NCBI RefSeq assembly: GCF_021869535.1
Contig: NW_026262581.1
Location: 135,842,001 to 135,906,000, forward strand
Direction of reading: 5' to 3'
From: Mytilus californianus
Taxonomy: Eukaryota
Length of the DNA stretch: 64,000 nucleotides
A program made the translations under genes and the position numbers. Numbering within the stretch: position 1 is the stretch's first letter; every line of letters starts with the position of its first letter. Under the pieces are notes generated by a model. The model did no database searches. It had not been told where the DNA came from and worked only from the letters and a program-made list of their open reading frames with translations. Below, in pieces: positions 23,012 through 36,568 of this stretch.

Positions 23012-24199
23012 CACTTGGATTTGTGTTAGCATTCAATAGGCCTATAACTTTGGACAAACAATAATAGCCCATCATAAAAATTTTAAAGTACCATTATTAT
23101 TTTTTTCCTTAAATAATTCAAAAAAAGGTTGTTATGGTTACCAAAACACGATATGCATATCGAAAAATAATCGAAACATCATCTATTGCATGCATCATTT
23201 TCTTAAACAGATTTTGTCGAAAAGCCAACCAGATTTAATTACAATATTTATGTGAAATCAGCTTCAATGTAAATTGTTTGCACTGATGAAAAAAATATCA
23301 TATAATCTCACGAGTTATGAAATACTTTGGTTGAATGTGTGTCGATTTTTGCTATTTGCCAATGTTATTAAATTCTACATAACAGAAATGAGAAGAAGAA
23401 CGCAAAACATCGCAATAAAGTTTGTATAAACGCTTGCAATAGCAATTTGAATTATTCGTATATTTATAATTATACTCACAAGGATGTTTTGCCTTCAAAT
23501 ACAATTGTCTGAAACAATTTATTTGAAAACAGCTCCACACACACTCATTCAACCTTTTCAATAGTGCCATTGTCTACAAGATCTTACTGAGTCCAACGAC
23601 TTACGAAACAAATTCATGAAGCAATGTAACTGCCGAAAAATCATAACCGACTAAGACACAAACTGCTTAAAGATACTGTATGAGCATTGCAAATGCTTTC
23701 TCCCCGTTTAAAGAAAGAAGAAATGTAGTTTTAGTAGGATTTCTCATACGACCTTTATGGTCCCCACACTTTTTTCAGTCTGTTGACATAGACTAATGGT
23801 ATGAGAATGAAAGCTAAGGTGTCCCACTGTCCCAGGAAGTCATAAAAAGGCCGTTAGATGTCAAAGCAATCTCGGACTACTTAAGATGACGATAATGATC
23901 ATTTGCCGCTTACCGTTCAGTTTCAATCATTTATTCACTAGTATATATCAGGATGAAAACATTCATTATTTTAAATCAGGCCGTTAGTTTTCTTGTTTTC
24001 TTGTTTTATATTTGTCATTTCGGGGCTTTTTATAGCTGACTATGCGGTATGGGTTTTGCTCATTGTTGAAGGCCTTACAGTAACCTATAGTTGTTAACTT
24101 CTATGTCATTTGTTCTCTGGTGGAGAATTGTCTCATTGGCAATTATACCACATCTTATTATTTTTATGTTAATGTGATATGAATATGATGACCCCTGTC

Positions 24200-24395
24200 A
24201 TACTAGATCGACACGCTGAGTCGGATTTATAAGAAGTCATGTAATTCTACAAGTACACATTTTTCCGATTCCAACCCGACCAGGCTTTGTTCTTGCTCTT
24301 TAATGCCTAGTGCTAAGCGGGAAAGCAGCAGATACCAGTTTTCAAAGTTTTGGTTTGACCCCTGGGTTGAATCCATGATCCCCCGCACTCTACCA
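24200..24395 (-). mobile_element. Degenerate tRNA-derived SINE
   Basis: Minus strand GATTCAACCCAGGGGTCAAACCAAAACT..GCTTTCCCGCTTAGCAC body is homologous to 13961-14200. Confidence 0.55.
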
Positions 24396-27300
24396 GGTTA
24401 CCATAAGATGGTTTGTCGCATATCACTGTGACCTTCATATGAGATTGACATTTGACCTTACTATACAATTAGTTGAGTTTTCTGTCTCCTGTATAACTTA
24501 ATTTTCCTTTGTCATATGCTTTTGATATTTGACATACGGACATATCCTCTTAAAACAATGTCTCATGCTACATTGCAGATGACTTTCACTGTTGACCTCA
24601 AGTTCAAAACATTGTTCTTAGCTATGAACTTCCGGAAAGCAAATATAACAAAAGAATTTAAACGAATAGAGAAGAAAATATATTCAAGTTTTCTATTTCT
24701 TTCAATCTGATTCACATCTTACTTTATTTAACTCGATTTGTACACATTTTGCGTAGATGTTTTCAATATGATGGGAACTATGAAGCAGTTCATATGTACA
24801 AGTGCTAGCTGTTCTCACGATCTTCAAAATATTCTGTTTGGTCATGGACAAAATGTGTGTGCAGTGCGATATGGATCCAAAACAATTACAGCAATAGAGA
24901 GGATACGGGTTTTATTTACTACAACTATTTTGCCGCGAAATACAATATCATTTTTCTTGAATAATAAATGGAATGTTATACGTAAGGCTTGTTTAATTGG
25001 TCTTCAAAATGAATGTTATTTTCACCCAGGAATACAGTAATATGTAAATGTAAAAAGGCAGAAAGACTTAATACTTGTGTAACAATTGTTTCAGATATAA
25101 TGGGAAGATTTGCTGTCTTCGGTTGTAATAGGTAAATTACAAAAGGTTAATGATATTGAGCATTCATTGGATATTGGGTTGCCTTATAGGGCGATCAAGT
25201 GAGAATGGAAACGTGTGCAATTTAAATCAGTTCGTGTGTATGTTTATTTTCTTTTGTTTTTGGGGAACACTCGCAATATCTTCGGTTAATTTGAGTCATA
25301 TGAAACGAGTTTCTGAATATTATAATGTTAAGGAAATTGTTGAACTAATGCATGCATTTTAATAGCTGATTATGGGGTATGAGTTTTGATCATTGTTGAA
25401 GGCCGTACGATGACCTATAGTTGTTGACACCTATGTAATTTGGTCTCTGGTGGAGAGTTCTCTCATTGGCAATCATATCACATTTTCTTATTTTTATATA
25501 CATACTAAACTTTGTCCTCTGTGTAGTTTTTTGTTATATTTATTACGAATCTGTACAATCTAATTAGTTGTAGTAGTCCGCACTTGCACCTCATTTTCGT
25601 TCGGTTGTTTATATGGTCGCGACATATAAACGAGGAGCAAGTGCGAAGAAGTAATTTCAATTAGATTGGAATCCGTAAAGTATAATCGACAAAAATATTT
25701 CATTTATTGATCGTTGAGTGAAAAACTTTGGCTTCTAATTAACCTTCGGGTTTTTGTGCCGAAGTTTACCGATTGTGACCCTGATAAACAATCAATACAG
25801 AAACATAGAGTATGACTCCTAAAATATAAGTGAGATACTCGAGCGCAATGTGTATTTGTTAATTTTATACTGTCCATGCATTCAAATTGGTTAACAAAAT
25901 TTCTCAGTTGTTAAATGATTAATTTGGTGTATTGATTTTTTTCTTTCAGAATCGATTGGTGATATCTTCTTTTCCCATTTGTTTACCATATCTTTCATAT
26001 TGGTTTCCCCTTCGCCCTTGCGCTGTGTGTACGTGGTTGCCGAAATTCCAACGAGAGATGTCATGGTTAAGGTCACACTGCATACGGAAAAGCTATCGGC
26101 GAATTATAGTACGGGAAGACGATAAAGGATTTTCTTTTAAAAGAAAGTCTATGTACACGTGTTTTATAGTTAAACTTAGCCTAGAATTGGGAATGGAAAC
26201 GTCGAATGTGTCATGGAGACAACAACCCGACCAAAGAGCAGAAAACAGCCCAAGGCCATGCACCAATGGGTCTTCAACACAGCGAGGAAATCCCGCACCC
26301 GGAGGCGGCCTTCACCTGGCCCCTACCGTTCAAGTATTTAGAAATATTCAACTGTTTTGTTAAATTTGAGCCAGATATGAATTGAACTGTTTAAAATAGA
26401 AGGGTGTCTGCTTGACCTTACCCAAACAACCAATTCTATCATATAGCTTGCAAGCTCTTTATTAACAATGGTGGTCTTTACAAAACAGACGTGTAAAGTA
26501 TTCTTCTTATGTGTTTTGAAGATGGTGAGGATTTTTATCAAAGGATATTTATTCTGATCGTTGGTGATCGGTGTTAATACTATCTCTACATCTTTTATAA
26601 AACATTTTTAAATAAAAATAGTATCATTCTAAAAATGAGAAGATGTGATATGATTGCCAATGAGACAGCTCTCATCCAGAGACCAAATGACATAGAAGTT
26701 TACAACTATAAGTCACCGTACGGCCTTCAACAATGAGCAAACCCCACACCGCATTGTAAGCTATAAAGGTCGTTGAAATGACAAATGTAAAACAATTCAA
26801 ACGAGAAAACTAACGGCCTGATTTATGCACAAGACGATGAACGAAAAATAAGTATGATATATAGCAACAAACGACAACTACTGAATTACAGGCTCCTGAC
26901 TTGAGACCAGCACATCAATAATGTGGCGGGGTAAAACTAGTTTGTTTGCGCCAAACCCTCCCCATAACCTGGGGCAGTGGTGTAACAGAACAACATTTGA
27001 ACAAACTACATTTGAAAAGGGCTTACCTCATCAGATAGATACAAAGCAGGAAAACATCTAACAAATAAATTGCTTCGCCGAGCGGAGCTGGATACGACCG
27101 CAGAGGTCCAACCCTGAACAGTTGGGGCAAAAATGGACGCAATATTCGCGCTTGAAACATGTCTGAATTTGGATTGTAATTTAATATTTGACACATAAAA
27201 GGTTTCTGACACAGAATAAATGTAGTCAAAGAACTTAGAATTGGTTATATGATTTGAATTTATATTCAATTTTTTGCTTTTGTGCAATACACTTTGCTGT

Positions 27301-27737
27301 TGCGAATTGACCCCCCCCCCCCCCTTTTCCCCCCACAAAAAAAAAATAAATAATTTACCCCCCCTTTTTTTTTTTTTTGCTTTTGTGCAATACACTACGC
27401 AACAACACTTTTTTTTTGCAAAAAAAATAATATTTGAAGAATTTTTCTTTTTAATTTCTGAAATCAGAAATGAGAAAAAATTGACCCCCCCCCCACAATT
27501 TCTTTTTACCCCCTCCCCCCTTTTTACCCCCCAAAAAATCTTTCCCTCAAGATATGGTCATAATCTCAATTCAAATTTCCGATGGAGTTTGCAACCATAA
27601 TTACCCATTTAATAGAATTTAAAATATGGTGTCAAATCTTTCATATGGATTTTTTTGTAAAAAAAAAAAGATGCAACATTTGCAGATATTTTTACTGGTC
27701 TTCCTTTATAAATATGCATTTCTTTAAACATAATTTA

Positions 27738-27901
27738 AAAGCAGTGTATGGGAGGTAATCAAAACGTAGTATTTGGATTACCTCCCTTACACTGCTTTTG
27801 AATTGTCTTAATTGTTCATTAACCATTACTTTATACATAATTTATAAAGTGTAAGGGAGGTAATTCAAATGATGAATTTGAATTACCTCCCTTACACTGC
27901 T
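27738..27901. repeat. Two adjacent short palindromic (MITE-remnant) hairpins
   Basis: 27738-27797 is an imperfect hairpin. 27848-27898 is a perfect 23-bp inverted repeat (AGTGTAAGGGAGGTAATTCAAAT) with a 5-nt loop. Confidence 0.85.
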
Positions 27902-28659
27902 TTAAATTATGTGTTGTACTTAAGTATTTGCCCATTAAAAGAATTTGCCCTTTATCCAGGACACCGTTGTTTTCCCCCTTTTTTGTCCCTAATTCCTAAA
28001 CGGTTTGAGCCATAACGCCACCCCTCCCCCCCCCCCCCCCAAAAAAAAGCAAATCCTAACCATTCCTTTCTGATATGGAAACTTGTGGTTTAATTTCAGA
28101 GAGATCCAGAGACCGTTCCACAAGTTATTGTCTGGAAACTAGAAAAATGCTTATTTTTGGCCCCTTTTTGGCCCTTAATTCCTTAACTGTTGGTACCATA
28201 ACCCCCAAAATCAATCCCAACCTTCCTTTTGTGGTATTGAACCTTATGGTAAAATTTCATAGAGATCCATTCACTTAAACTAAAGTTATTGTGCGAAAAT
28301 CAATGTGTCTTCGGACGACGACGACGACGCCAACGTCATACCAATATACGACCTCAAAAAATGACCGCAAAAATTTTAAAGAGACTTAGTGCAGATCTGA
28401 GAGTACTCGAAGTTACTGACAGCTAGTTCAAAGCCAATAACAACTAATAAAAAAATTATGCATCTAAGACTAAAATAGCAATCATAACACATCCAACATC
28501 CAATGGATTTAGTGTAAAGACGTCATTAAAAGTAAGAGAAAAACATGACCTTGTGATACAGGTATCGACAGATTGTAAGGCCATGAATGTGATTATGTAT
28601 ATAACAATAATATTTAGTTTGATTTTAATTTACTGATAACAAAATCAATATTTATACCG

Positions 28660-29040
28660 ATTAAAACAATATTCAAAGATCTAATTATAGTATTGAATTG
28701 GTAACCTTTTAGAATAAGTTTATCTAAAGGATCGATAAATTTACCCGAATCGTATCTAAATTTCCGTGCTCGGTAAACAACATCTCCGTAAAAATATTGA
28801 TGTGCTAACCCGTTTGAAATAAGTTTCTACAGGTACAGCCCAACTTCCAAACTTCATCTTTGTATTTATGGAAGAATTTAGTTAAGGTTTTAAGTAATTC
28901 TTGCATGGTAACGAAATCCCTGACTTAATAATTTATCAGTAATACATGGATTACGTTCTTTGAAATCCAAAACGCCACAAGTTTCTTTGTTTCTTTTGAA
29001 GGCCCGGATTCTCCGGTGAGTCTCTCGCTGTTCCTTCTGA
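28660..29040 (-). mobile_element. Penelope-like retroelement RT C-terminal fragment
   Basis: Translates ..GVLDFKERNPCITDKLLSQGFRYH.. and, across disruptions, ..YGDVVYRARKFRY..LDKLILKGYQFNTIIRSLNIV.., which aligns with the 60452-60685 ORF. Family assignment is from recall. Confidence 0.55.
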
Positions 29041-32000
29041 TACATTTCCTGTTTATAAACCTGGATGCAATTGTAGTATGGCGTGGTTATTATTGTTACA
29101 TTCACATATCTGTTTTCGAAATTTGTTTGGGGAAAATGGATTTTTACAATTAATAATTTAGCAAATAAAACAATTCGTGTTGTTTTCCCTTAATTGATTT
29201 ATATTATAAGTTAACCACATACTGGAAACATTAGACGAATAAGGCAATTTTTCAGTTTGGTACCCTGTATCCAATTTATCGAATATGGAAAACATATTGC
29301 CTTGTATCGTTTCTTTCATTGATTAGACTACTAGTAACGTAAATTATTTATCTGTTGATATACGTATAAAGTGGTTAGGACATTTTTGTTCTAAACAGTA
29401 AAAGCATAAAGATGTGATGTTATCAATTTTTCCCATTCGCGGTGTAATGTTCCAATCAGATTAGTTTAAAGCATGGAACAGAGAAACTAATGCATCTATC
29501 TTTATAACATATTTGTAAGCAATGTTTTGCGATTACTTTGGTGTGTCACAATAAATATTTGACATAATTTCAAAAGTGATTCTAGTATTTTTAACGAATC
29601 TCATGAAATTGGTTTATCATTTTAAACCACTTGGCGATACAAGGGGTGTCATATACGAAGCAACAGTTTAATTAGATTTTTTCTGATTTTTCTACTATAC
29701 ATCTGCACTTATTATTGATTCGTCTCGATTGTGCATTGTCCTTATAATAGTTTTGGTATACGATGAATATAACTTACAATGTACAACTTTTACTTACCAA
29801 GACAATTCCATTGTAATTTTTATATATATCAAGTATCTACGGGCGTCATCAAATATTCTAATACTACATATTTATTCAATTATTAATCTAAACCAATGAG
29901 ATTTTCCACAAAAGTTCTGTCACATGTTACACGTTAACAAGTAAATGCAATACAAGTTGCATACCAGATGGAAATTTAGACCAAAGTAAGGCATCTACAA
30001 ACTAGAAGCTCTAAAGACCCTGTGTCGCTATCCAAGGTCAATGTTCATCTTAAACTAGGGCGTGTTAAAGACCTCGACTACCCATGAGAGTCTCGCACGC
30101 GGTCGGTTAAGCAATGGACACTCTCCAACGCTGTGGATTAGAATAAAATTCATGAAAAAAATCTCTGTGTTGTTGATTTTGTTGTATTGCTGAAAATGCT
30201 GATATTTTTTCTGTTTATAGTTTCTCTCTATCTTCTATAGTTTTTGCGCAAAACATAAAAAGGTTAAACACCCTAATTTAAGGGCAATAACTCATATAAG
30301 AAGACAAATGACAGTATTAACTAGATCAAACAGGTGTGGATCTTGTCTTGCTAATCATTTGTGCTGTTTAAAGTATCTTTCTATCTATTATAGTTTTCAT
30401 GATAATAAGCAAAGTCGCATAAAAATGATAACAAGAATATATATGATTTAGGGGTGGGGGATCTCGACCGTTTACAAGATAAAAGCACATTCTCAAATTG
30501 AAGGGGACTGGGGGCAAGAATATATATGGTTTAGGGAGACTTAATTATCTACAAAATGTCTAATAATGAACAGTAAATTTCAAACTTCATTTATACAGTC
30601 CTTCTAGTAAATTTCAAACTTTATATATACAGTCCTACAGATCTTATCAGGAAACAGAAAATTTTCAAATAAATCTGTCACTCAAATGATTATCATATGC
30701 TAAGATATTTCCCAGATCTAATTAATAATGAAAATCATACTTGCAAATCTGAAGGATTATTCTTTTGAACAGAACTATGGTTTAACATAGTACTCTAACA
30801 TTACATATATAATAATTAATAATGTAATTAACTTCAAAATGTCTAATAATATAGCTTATAATCATCACCACTTAGGAAATAGAAAATTTTCAAATAAATC
30901 TGTCACTCCAATTTTAAGTTTGAAATAAGACATTTACTACGCTTAGTCATGATATGATAACAAGAGAAAAATATTTAAAAATACCACTTTTGGATATTAA
31001 AAATGGCGATAACTCAAAAAGGATAAATACTAAAATAGTGAAAATTGAACTAGACCTTCATTTAGTCACAAAAAACAACATATCTAAATTTGAAAAAAAA
31101 ATCATCACAGCGTTTTCATGTTATTGAAGAGACACTGTTTGGCAGCCGCCCGCCGTACATCCCCAAATCATTAACCGATATTTCCTTCGAAAATCCGGTT
31201 AAAAATGGTCAATAAAAGGTAGAAAGAGTTGGCTGACGATTTCGGCGCTGTTGACTTATTCGTAGATCTTATCTTAGATAATAGGCAAAATTGAAAAAAG
31301 GGTAAAATAAGTCATATCAGGGCAGTTACTCTTATAAGAAGTCGTCTGACAGTTTTGATGTAATGAAAGTAGATAGATCTCAGCAATCTTTGCATGTTTA
31401 CCCCTGTCAGATTTTCTCTTAGCTATAGTAGTTTTCAAGATGATAGACAAAACTTGCAATCTATGCTCTAATTTTAGCTATGTCGGCCATGTTGGTTAAA
31501 AGGCGGGTTCATCGGGCACATTTTTTAAACTAAATACCCCAATGATGAATTTCTTCAAGTCACAAGTTGATTAAATTTGGCCCAGTAGTTTCAGAGGGGA
31601 AGATTTTTGTATAAATTAACGAACGACGACGATGACGACAGTCAACAGACGCCTAATGATGGGAAAAGCTCACCTTTGGGCCAAGTGAGCTAAAAATGTA
31701 TAAACAAAAATACCAAAATCCAAGGTATATTCAAAGAGAAGGGGGAAGTCCATTTAACCGGACAAAACAAAGCGCTAGACTACATCAACCAATGAAACAA
31801 ACTGAAAACTTTTACGAAAAAAATGGTGGGTTAAACCGGGTTTTACAACTAGCTTAACCTCCGAGTTGTATGATAGTTTCATTATATTGACAAAACATTG
31901 TTGACGGACTTACACTTCCTTGTTTAGCTTTCAGCAACATTCCTCGCAGGCAGAACAAAATTACAATATTTTGAATTTATTTTCAATGCATGTATCATTA

Positions 32001-32318
32001 ACAAGTTTACAAGTTAACAAGTTCATATTGAATTAACAACCTTATTCAATAATAGAAAAAGATCTGCTTAAAGAAGTAAAACTAACCATAATTCAAATTA
32101 AAAATTTACATAAATAGAATAGTAATATAAAGTAATATAGACAACAATATTTACTATATGATAAGAGACTATAATCAGTGTTGTTCATTCTCCCCTATAT
32201 GGTCAATAGTGGGTCACTTATTCGTGATAAGTGCCCAGTTCCTGATGCTTATGTTTTTTATACTCAAATTATCTAGCAAAATTCACTCATATTTCTATGA
32301 TGGTCCCTTTGTACCTTC

Positions 32319-32777
32319 TTTTTTATGTCCCGCTTGCGATAGAAAAGAGGGGCATTGTGTTTTCTGGTCTGTGCGTCCGTTCGTCTGTTGATCTGTCCCA
32401 TGTCAGATTAAAGTTTAGATTACGGTAGTTTTCCATGAAGTTGTGGTCACATCTTGAAACTTAGTACACAGGTTCATTATGATGTGAACTTTAAAATTTT
32501 ATACCTAGTTACGAGTTTGACCACGATTTCACGTTACATTGAACATAGAAATGTGATAGTGTAAAATTAGAACATTCTCAGGTTAAAGTTTTTGTTAAGA
32601 TAGTGCCATAAAATTGTGGTCACATCAAACTGAAACTTATTACAAATGTTCTTTGCGAGACAATCTTTTCAGATTTAATGCCAAATTACGATTTTGAGTC
32701 TGATTTCACGGTTCACTGAACATGAATACTGGATAATGCGAGCGGGGCATGGTGTCCTATGGACACATATTCGTGTT
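32319..32777 (+). mobile_element. Helentron/DINE-like non-autonomous element
   Basis: Subterminal inverted repeat TGTCCCGCTTGC / GCGAGCGGGGCA, 3' palindrome GTGTCC-TAT-GGACAC, and a GTCC/GTCT microsatellite-like block near the 5' end. Confidence 0.7.
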
Positions 32778-32956
32778 AAAAATATTTTTAAAAAAAGGTA
32801 TATATTTACATTTTAAAATAATGCTAAATGTCTCAAGAATAGAACAATAAACTAAACAGCATTTTACAAAGTACTTGATGATGGTAATCACAGATAAGCT
32901 CTATTCAAATAAAAAGTAGAAGTTGGTCTTCTAATCAACACAAAGTGCTATAATTA

Positions 32957-33169
32957 CTACAGAAACCCTGATTCCTTTAAGAGTTCGTCTCTGACTTCTG
33001 TTATAATTTTCCCTAATAGATTCAATCCTCTCCAGTTTTCCACTTTAAGTATGTCGGGATTATCTGCAGCCAAACCTATTCCCCAAACCTGATCAGTTGG
33101 ACTTGCCTCTACTAAAAGCTTAGGATATGTGCTTAACAGTTCCGTTTTCAATTTTTCATTTTGGGAAAA
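32957..33169 (-). CDS. NADAR-2 last coding exon
   Basis: Acceptor TTTCAG| at 33170, phase 0. Translates FSQNEKLKTELLSTYPKLLVEASPTDQVWGIGLAADNPDILKVENWRGLNLLGKIITEVRDELLKESGFL*, with canonical VEASP.D..WGIG. Confidence 0.93.
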   Translation of the reverse strand, partial: FSQNEKLKTELLSTYPKLLVEASPTDQVWGIGLAADNPDILKVENWRGLNLLGKIITEVRDELLKESGFL

Positions 33170-33382
33170 CTGAAATCAAAATTAAGGTCAACATTAATTA
33201 AAAATTACATAAAGTATCTTTATTATTTAAATCTAAATGCTTTCTGTGAAGACGCATTTTCCTAACCTATCCACATTTAATACATTGTACATGTATATTA
33301 CTGAGAAAAGATATTAAAGTCTTCTCAAATGATATGCTAAACAGAAAACATATGAATACAAATTCAAATTGATTTATATAAG

Positions 33383-33963
33383 AACAAACATTCAATGAGT
33401 ATTGCCTGGCAATACATAGTCCACTACCGGTTAAAAATTCATTATACTGGAACAAAATGCTAACTTAATCTATAACTTGTCATGGTGTAAACTATATAAA
33501 AAATATCAAGCCAATATCTTCAAGCATGACGAAAACAATGTGGAAAATTGATTATTTGAGTGAATTTTCTAAGTCCAGGGACCATAACTCTGTACAAAAT
33601 CATTAGACCGGACCAAAATTTGAAATTTATCTGTAACTTGTCATGATAAAACTAGTTACCAATCATTAAATCAATTTCTTAAAGCATGACAAAACAAAGT
33701 GTGGAAAACTTATTAATTGAGTGAATTTTCTAAGTTCAAGGACCATAACTCTGCACAAAATCGTCAGACCGGAACAAAATTCTAACTTGATTTGTAAATT
33801 GTCATGATAAAACAATACACCAAATATCAAATCAATATTTTCAAAAACGAAGAAAAAAAGTGTGGAAAACTGATTTACCGGACTGACGGATGGACAGACA
33901 GACAGACAGACAGACGGAGTGCAAACCTAAAGTCGTCTCCGACTTCGTCGGTAGGGGACTAAT
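33383..33963 (+). mobile_element. Helentron/DINE-1-like element (second copy of 12040-12640) in NADAR-2 intron 2
   Basis: Subterminal IR TAGTCC(A)CTACCG / CGGTAGGGGACTA, hairpin CCGAC-TTC-GTCGG, about 160-bp monomers and (GACA)n. Confidence 0.8.
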
Positions 33964-34559
33964 AAAAACAAATGTTCTATATTGGCAATATTATTAAGAA
34001 ACAGAAAGAAATATAAATAAGTACTATAATTATGAAATGAATGAATTTTTCTAGTATCATACTAATAGATGTCATGACAAATATCTGTGTCAATGTAAAA
34101 TGCCCAATTGCATAGAAGGCTTATAAGGGATTTTTGTGTTACTGTGAACAATTTGCACGATTCTTATACTAGTAGTGTTAAGAGTCTTCCTATCTAATTT
34201 CATTTGGAAATATAGTAACAAAATATTAACTCCCCTGTTAACACTGATAATTAAATCTTTTCAATGTTTGTCCCGTTTTAGCAAGGACACTGTCAATTAT
34301 AAATTCACGAGAAAACGTTCTAGTAAATAGTAAAAATAGAAATAAGTTGAAATAAAAACATAACTTCCATTTAATGTAAACATTTCCCTCCTTAAATAGC
34401 AAACCACGAGTACAGCAGGCTATGGAGCTTGATTTATTCATAAAATCCCCTAATGGAATCTTATTACATTTCATTAACTATTGTATAATTATCACTTGTA
34501 CAATTATATAAAAAGTTCATTTAACAGTACAGTGAACAAAACTATACAATTGAAATGTT

Positions 34560-35290
34560 TGTAAACAGGTCATGTTCATACTATGGATTCAGACTAGCTT
34601 TAGTTATATCGCCTTGCTACTTGTTCACACTACGAGTTTTGACCAGCCTTAGTTATATCGCCTTGTTACTTGTTCACACTACGAGTTCTGACTAGCTTTC
34701 ACTATATCACCTTGCTACCTGTTCACACTACGAGTTCTGACTAGCCTTAGCTATATCGCCTTGCTACTTGTTCACACTACGAGTTCTGACTAGCTTTAGT
34801 TATATTATCTTGGTACTTGTTCACACTGTAAATTCTGACTAGCTTTCGCTATAACACCTTGCTACTTGTTGACACTATGAGTTATGACTAGCTTTAGCTA
34901 CTAGTGTATCACCTCACTGTTCATACTATTGACTTATACTTATTTGATGTATCACCTTGCTTTTGGTCCACATAATATGAATGTATGCCTAATTTGCTAC
35001 ATTACCTTGCTATTGGTCCATATAATATAAATTTAGGCCCAACGTGCTTCATTGCCTTGCTATTTGTCCATCTAATATTAAGGTGGGCCTTATTTGCTAC
35101 ATAACCTTGCTATTTATTCACATTATATATATTTATACTTATTCTTGCGGTATTTACTTGCTATTTGTTCACACGATAGATCTAAGCTTACTTTTTAATA
35201 ACATTAAAAAATTAGACTTACTTTGCTCTATTGTCTAACTACTTGTGCTGATTAGATAAGACTTACTTTTGCCATATTGCCTTTTTTTAC
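34560..35290. repeat. 49-50-bp minisatellite running up to the NADAR-2 exon-2 donor
   Basis: GAC(T/C)AGC recurs every 49 bp from 34592 to 34886. Diverged 50-bp-spaced units (A.TACCTTGCTATT.GTCCA) at 34951, 35001, 35051, 35101 and about 35152, and a near copy of the donor at 35211-35236. Confidence 0.85.
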
Positions 35291-35421
35291 TACCTCTTCA
35301 CGTTTTGCCTCCCATGCTTCGTAATCAAGACCATGTATGCTTCTTCCAAGGCTCTTCTGTTCACCAGGATCTTTCGTCGACATTATAACTTCGTCTAGCT
35401 TTGCTTCATTTTTAGAAAATT
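35267..35421 (-). CDS. NADAR-2 middle coding exon
   Basis: Acceptor TTTTAG| at 35422 (phase 1) and donor AAA|GTAAGT at 35266. Translates (K)FSKNEAKLDEVIMSTKDPGEQKSLGRSIHGLDYEAWEAKREEVVKKGNMAK. Confidence 0.9.
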
Positions 35422-36486
35422 CTAAAATAACATTAAAGGAAGATACTTTATGCAAACATAAATTCCATAAAAATTTACGATGTAATTAGTGAACATAAAA
35501 TTATATTCCTATAAATAATTATATATGCATGTATTTGTACCTTAAATTATAAATATTGAAATATCTGCACCCCTCTTGACTCCAAATTCCTTATGGAACT
35601 CAATTTAACACAATTTGACAAAGGGTTAATGCATGAAAATATATTTCAGACACAACTACACATAGAATCTTCCTACACATAGAATCTTTAAATACTGTAT
35701 GTACATTATATACATATAAGTGACTTAAGAACTGCTGCGTACAGGTTCATGAGCGAGAAAGATAAAGTCTCTAAACTTAGTGTGAGGGACTTAACTTCAC
35801 AGCTCTATTTTACTTAAAACAGCTGAATACTAGTATTTAGGGAGATATTCGTCATTATTCTGTTTCCCTACTTTACAGCAATAATGAGCAGTGAACAACC
35901 ATTAACAGTTACTGTTGATTAACCCTAACCCTACAGACCAGTTTACATATGTTTACTGTCTACTAGTACTTTATTCGCCTATGTCAATCAACCGGTTCGC
36001 ACTGCTATACTTCAAAGAATCTTAACGGAAGAATTTAAACCAAAATGTAAACGACAGGCGCTGAATTATGGGAGTTAGAACATGAGTCTTTCGTTCAATA
36101 TTAGTTGGACTTAAAAAAAAATCACACACAGTCGCTTGGGTACTGGATTCGGATTTTTTTTCATTGTTCGCACTTAATACTTAATTTTCTGTTTTTATAC
36201 CATATACTTAACACTACTTTGCTTGTTTATTTTTTTAGTATGGATATTAGAATTAAGGATTTTATCAGAGTTGATAAATTCACCCAAGCAAGGTAAGACA
36301 AAGCACTGTCGAAGGCTGTATGGTTGCTTACCATTTCATTTGAACTTTGGTGGATAATTGTCTCATTGGGAATCATTCCGCATCTCCTTATTTTAAACAG
36401 TAGTGATAGGTATGTGGTATAAAAATAGAAAATTGAATATTAAGTGCAAACAATTAAAAAAATCAAATTCCTGTACTCAAGTGCAG

Positions 36487-36568
36487 AGGCACTTGTCCCT
36501 GAAAAAAAATCCTGTATACCTTAATGATATATTACGGAATATAGGGTTTTTTTCAGAGACAAGTGCCT
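36487..36568. mobile_element. Ultra-short (about 82 bp) MITE
   Basis: AGGCACTTGTCCCTGAAAA ... TTTTCAGAGACAAGTGCCT. Second copy at 58772-58854; solo end at about 38485-38505. Confidence 0.7.

Noticed and set aside
23250-23880. Hydrophobic or Cys-rich minus-strand frames (including ORF 23352-23570) as a membrane-protein pseudogene
   Set aside because: Multiple stops, and I/L/F/C enrichment is expected from AT-rich DNA; no family motif seen.
24516-25040. ORFs 24516-24710 and 24738-25040
   Set aside because: No motifs, splice context or paralogy support.
27290-27560. Poly-C/A/T runs and ORFs 27006-27600
   Set aside because: Low-complexity interior of a dispersed repeat; the ORFs are homopolymer translations.
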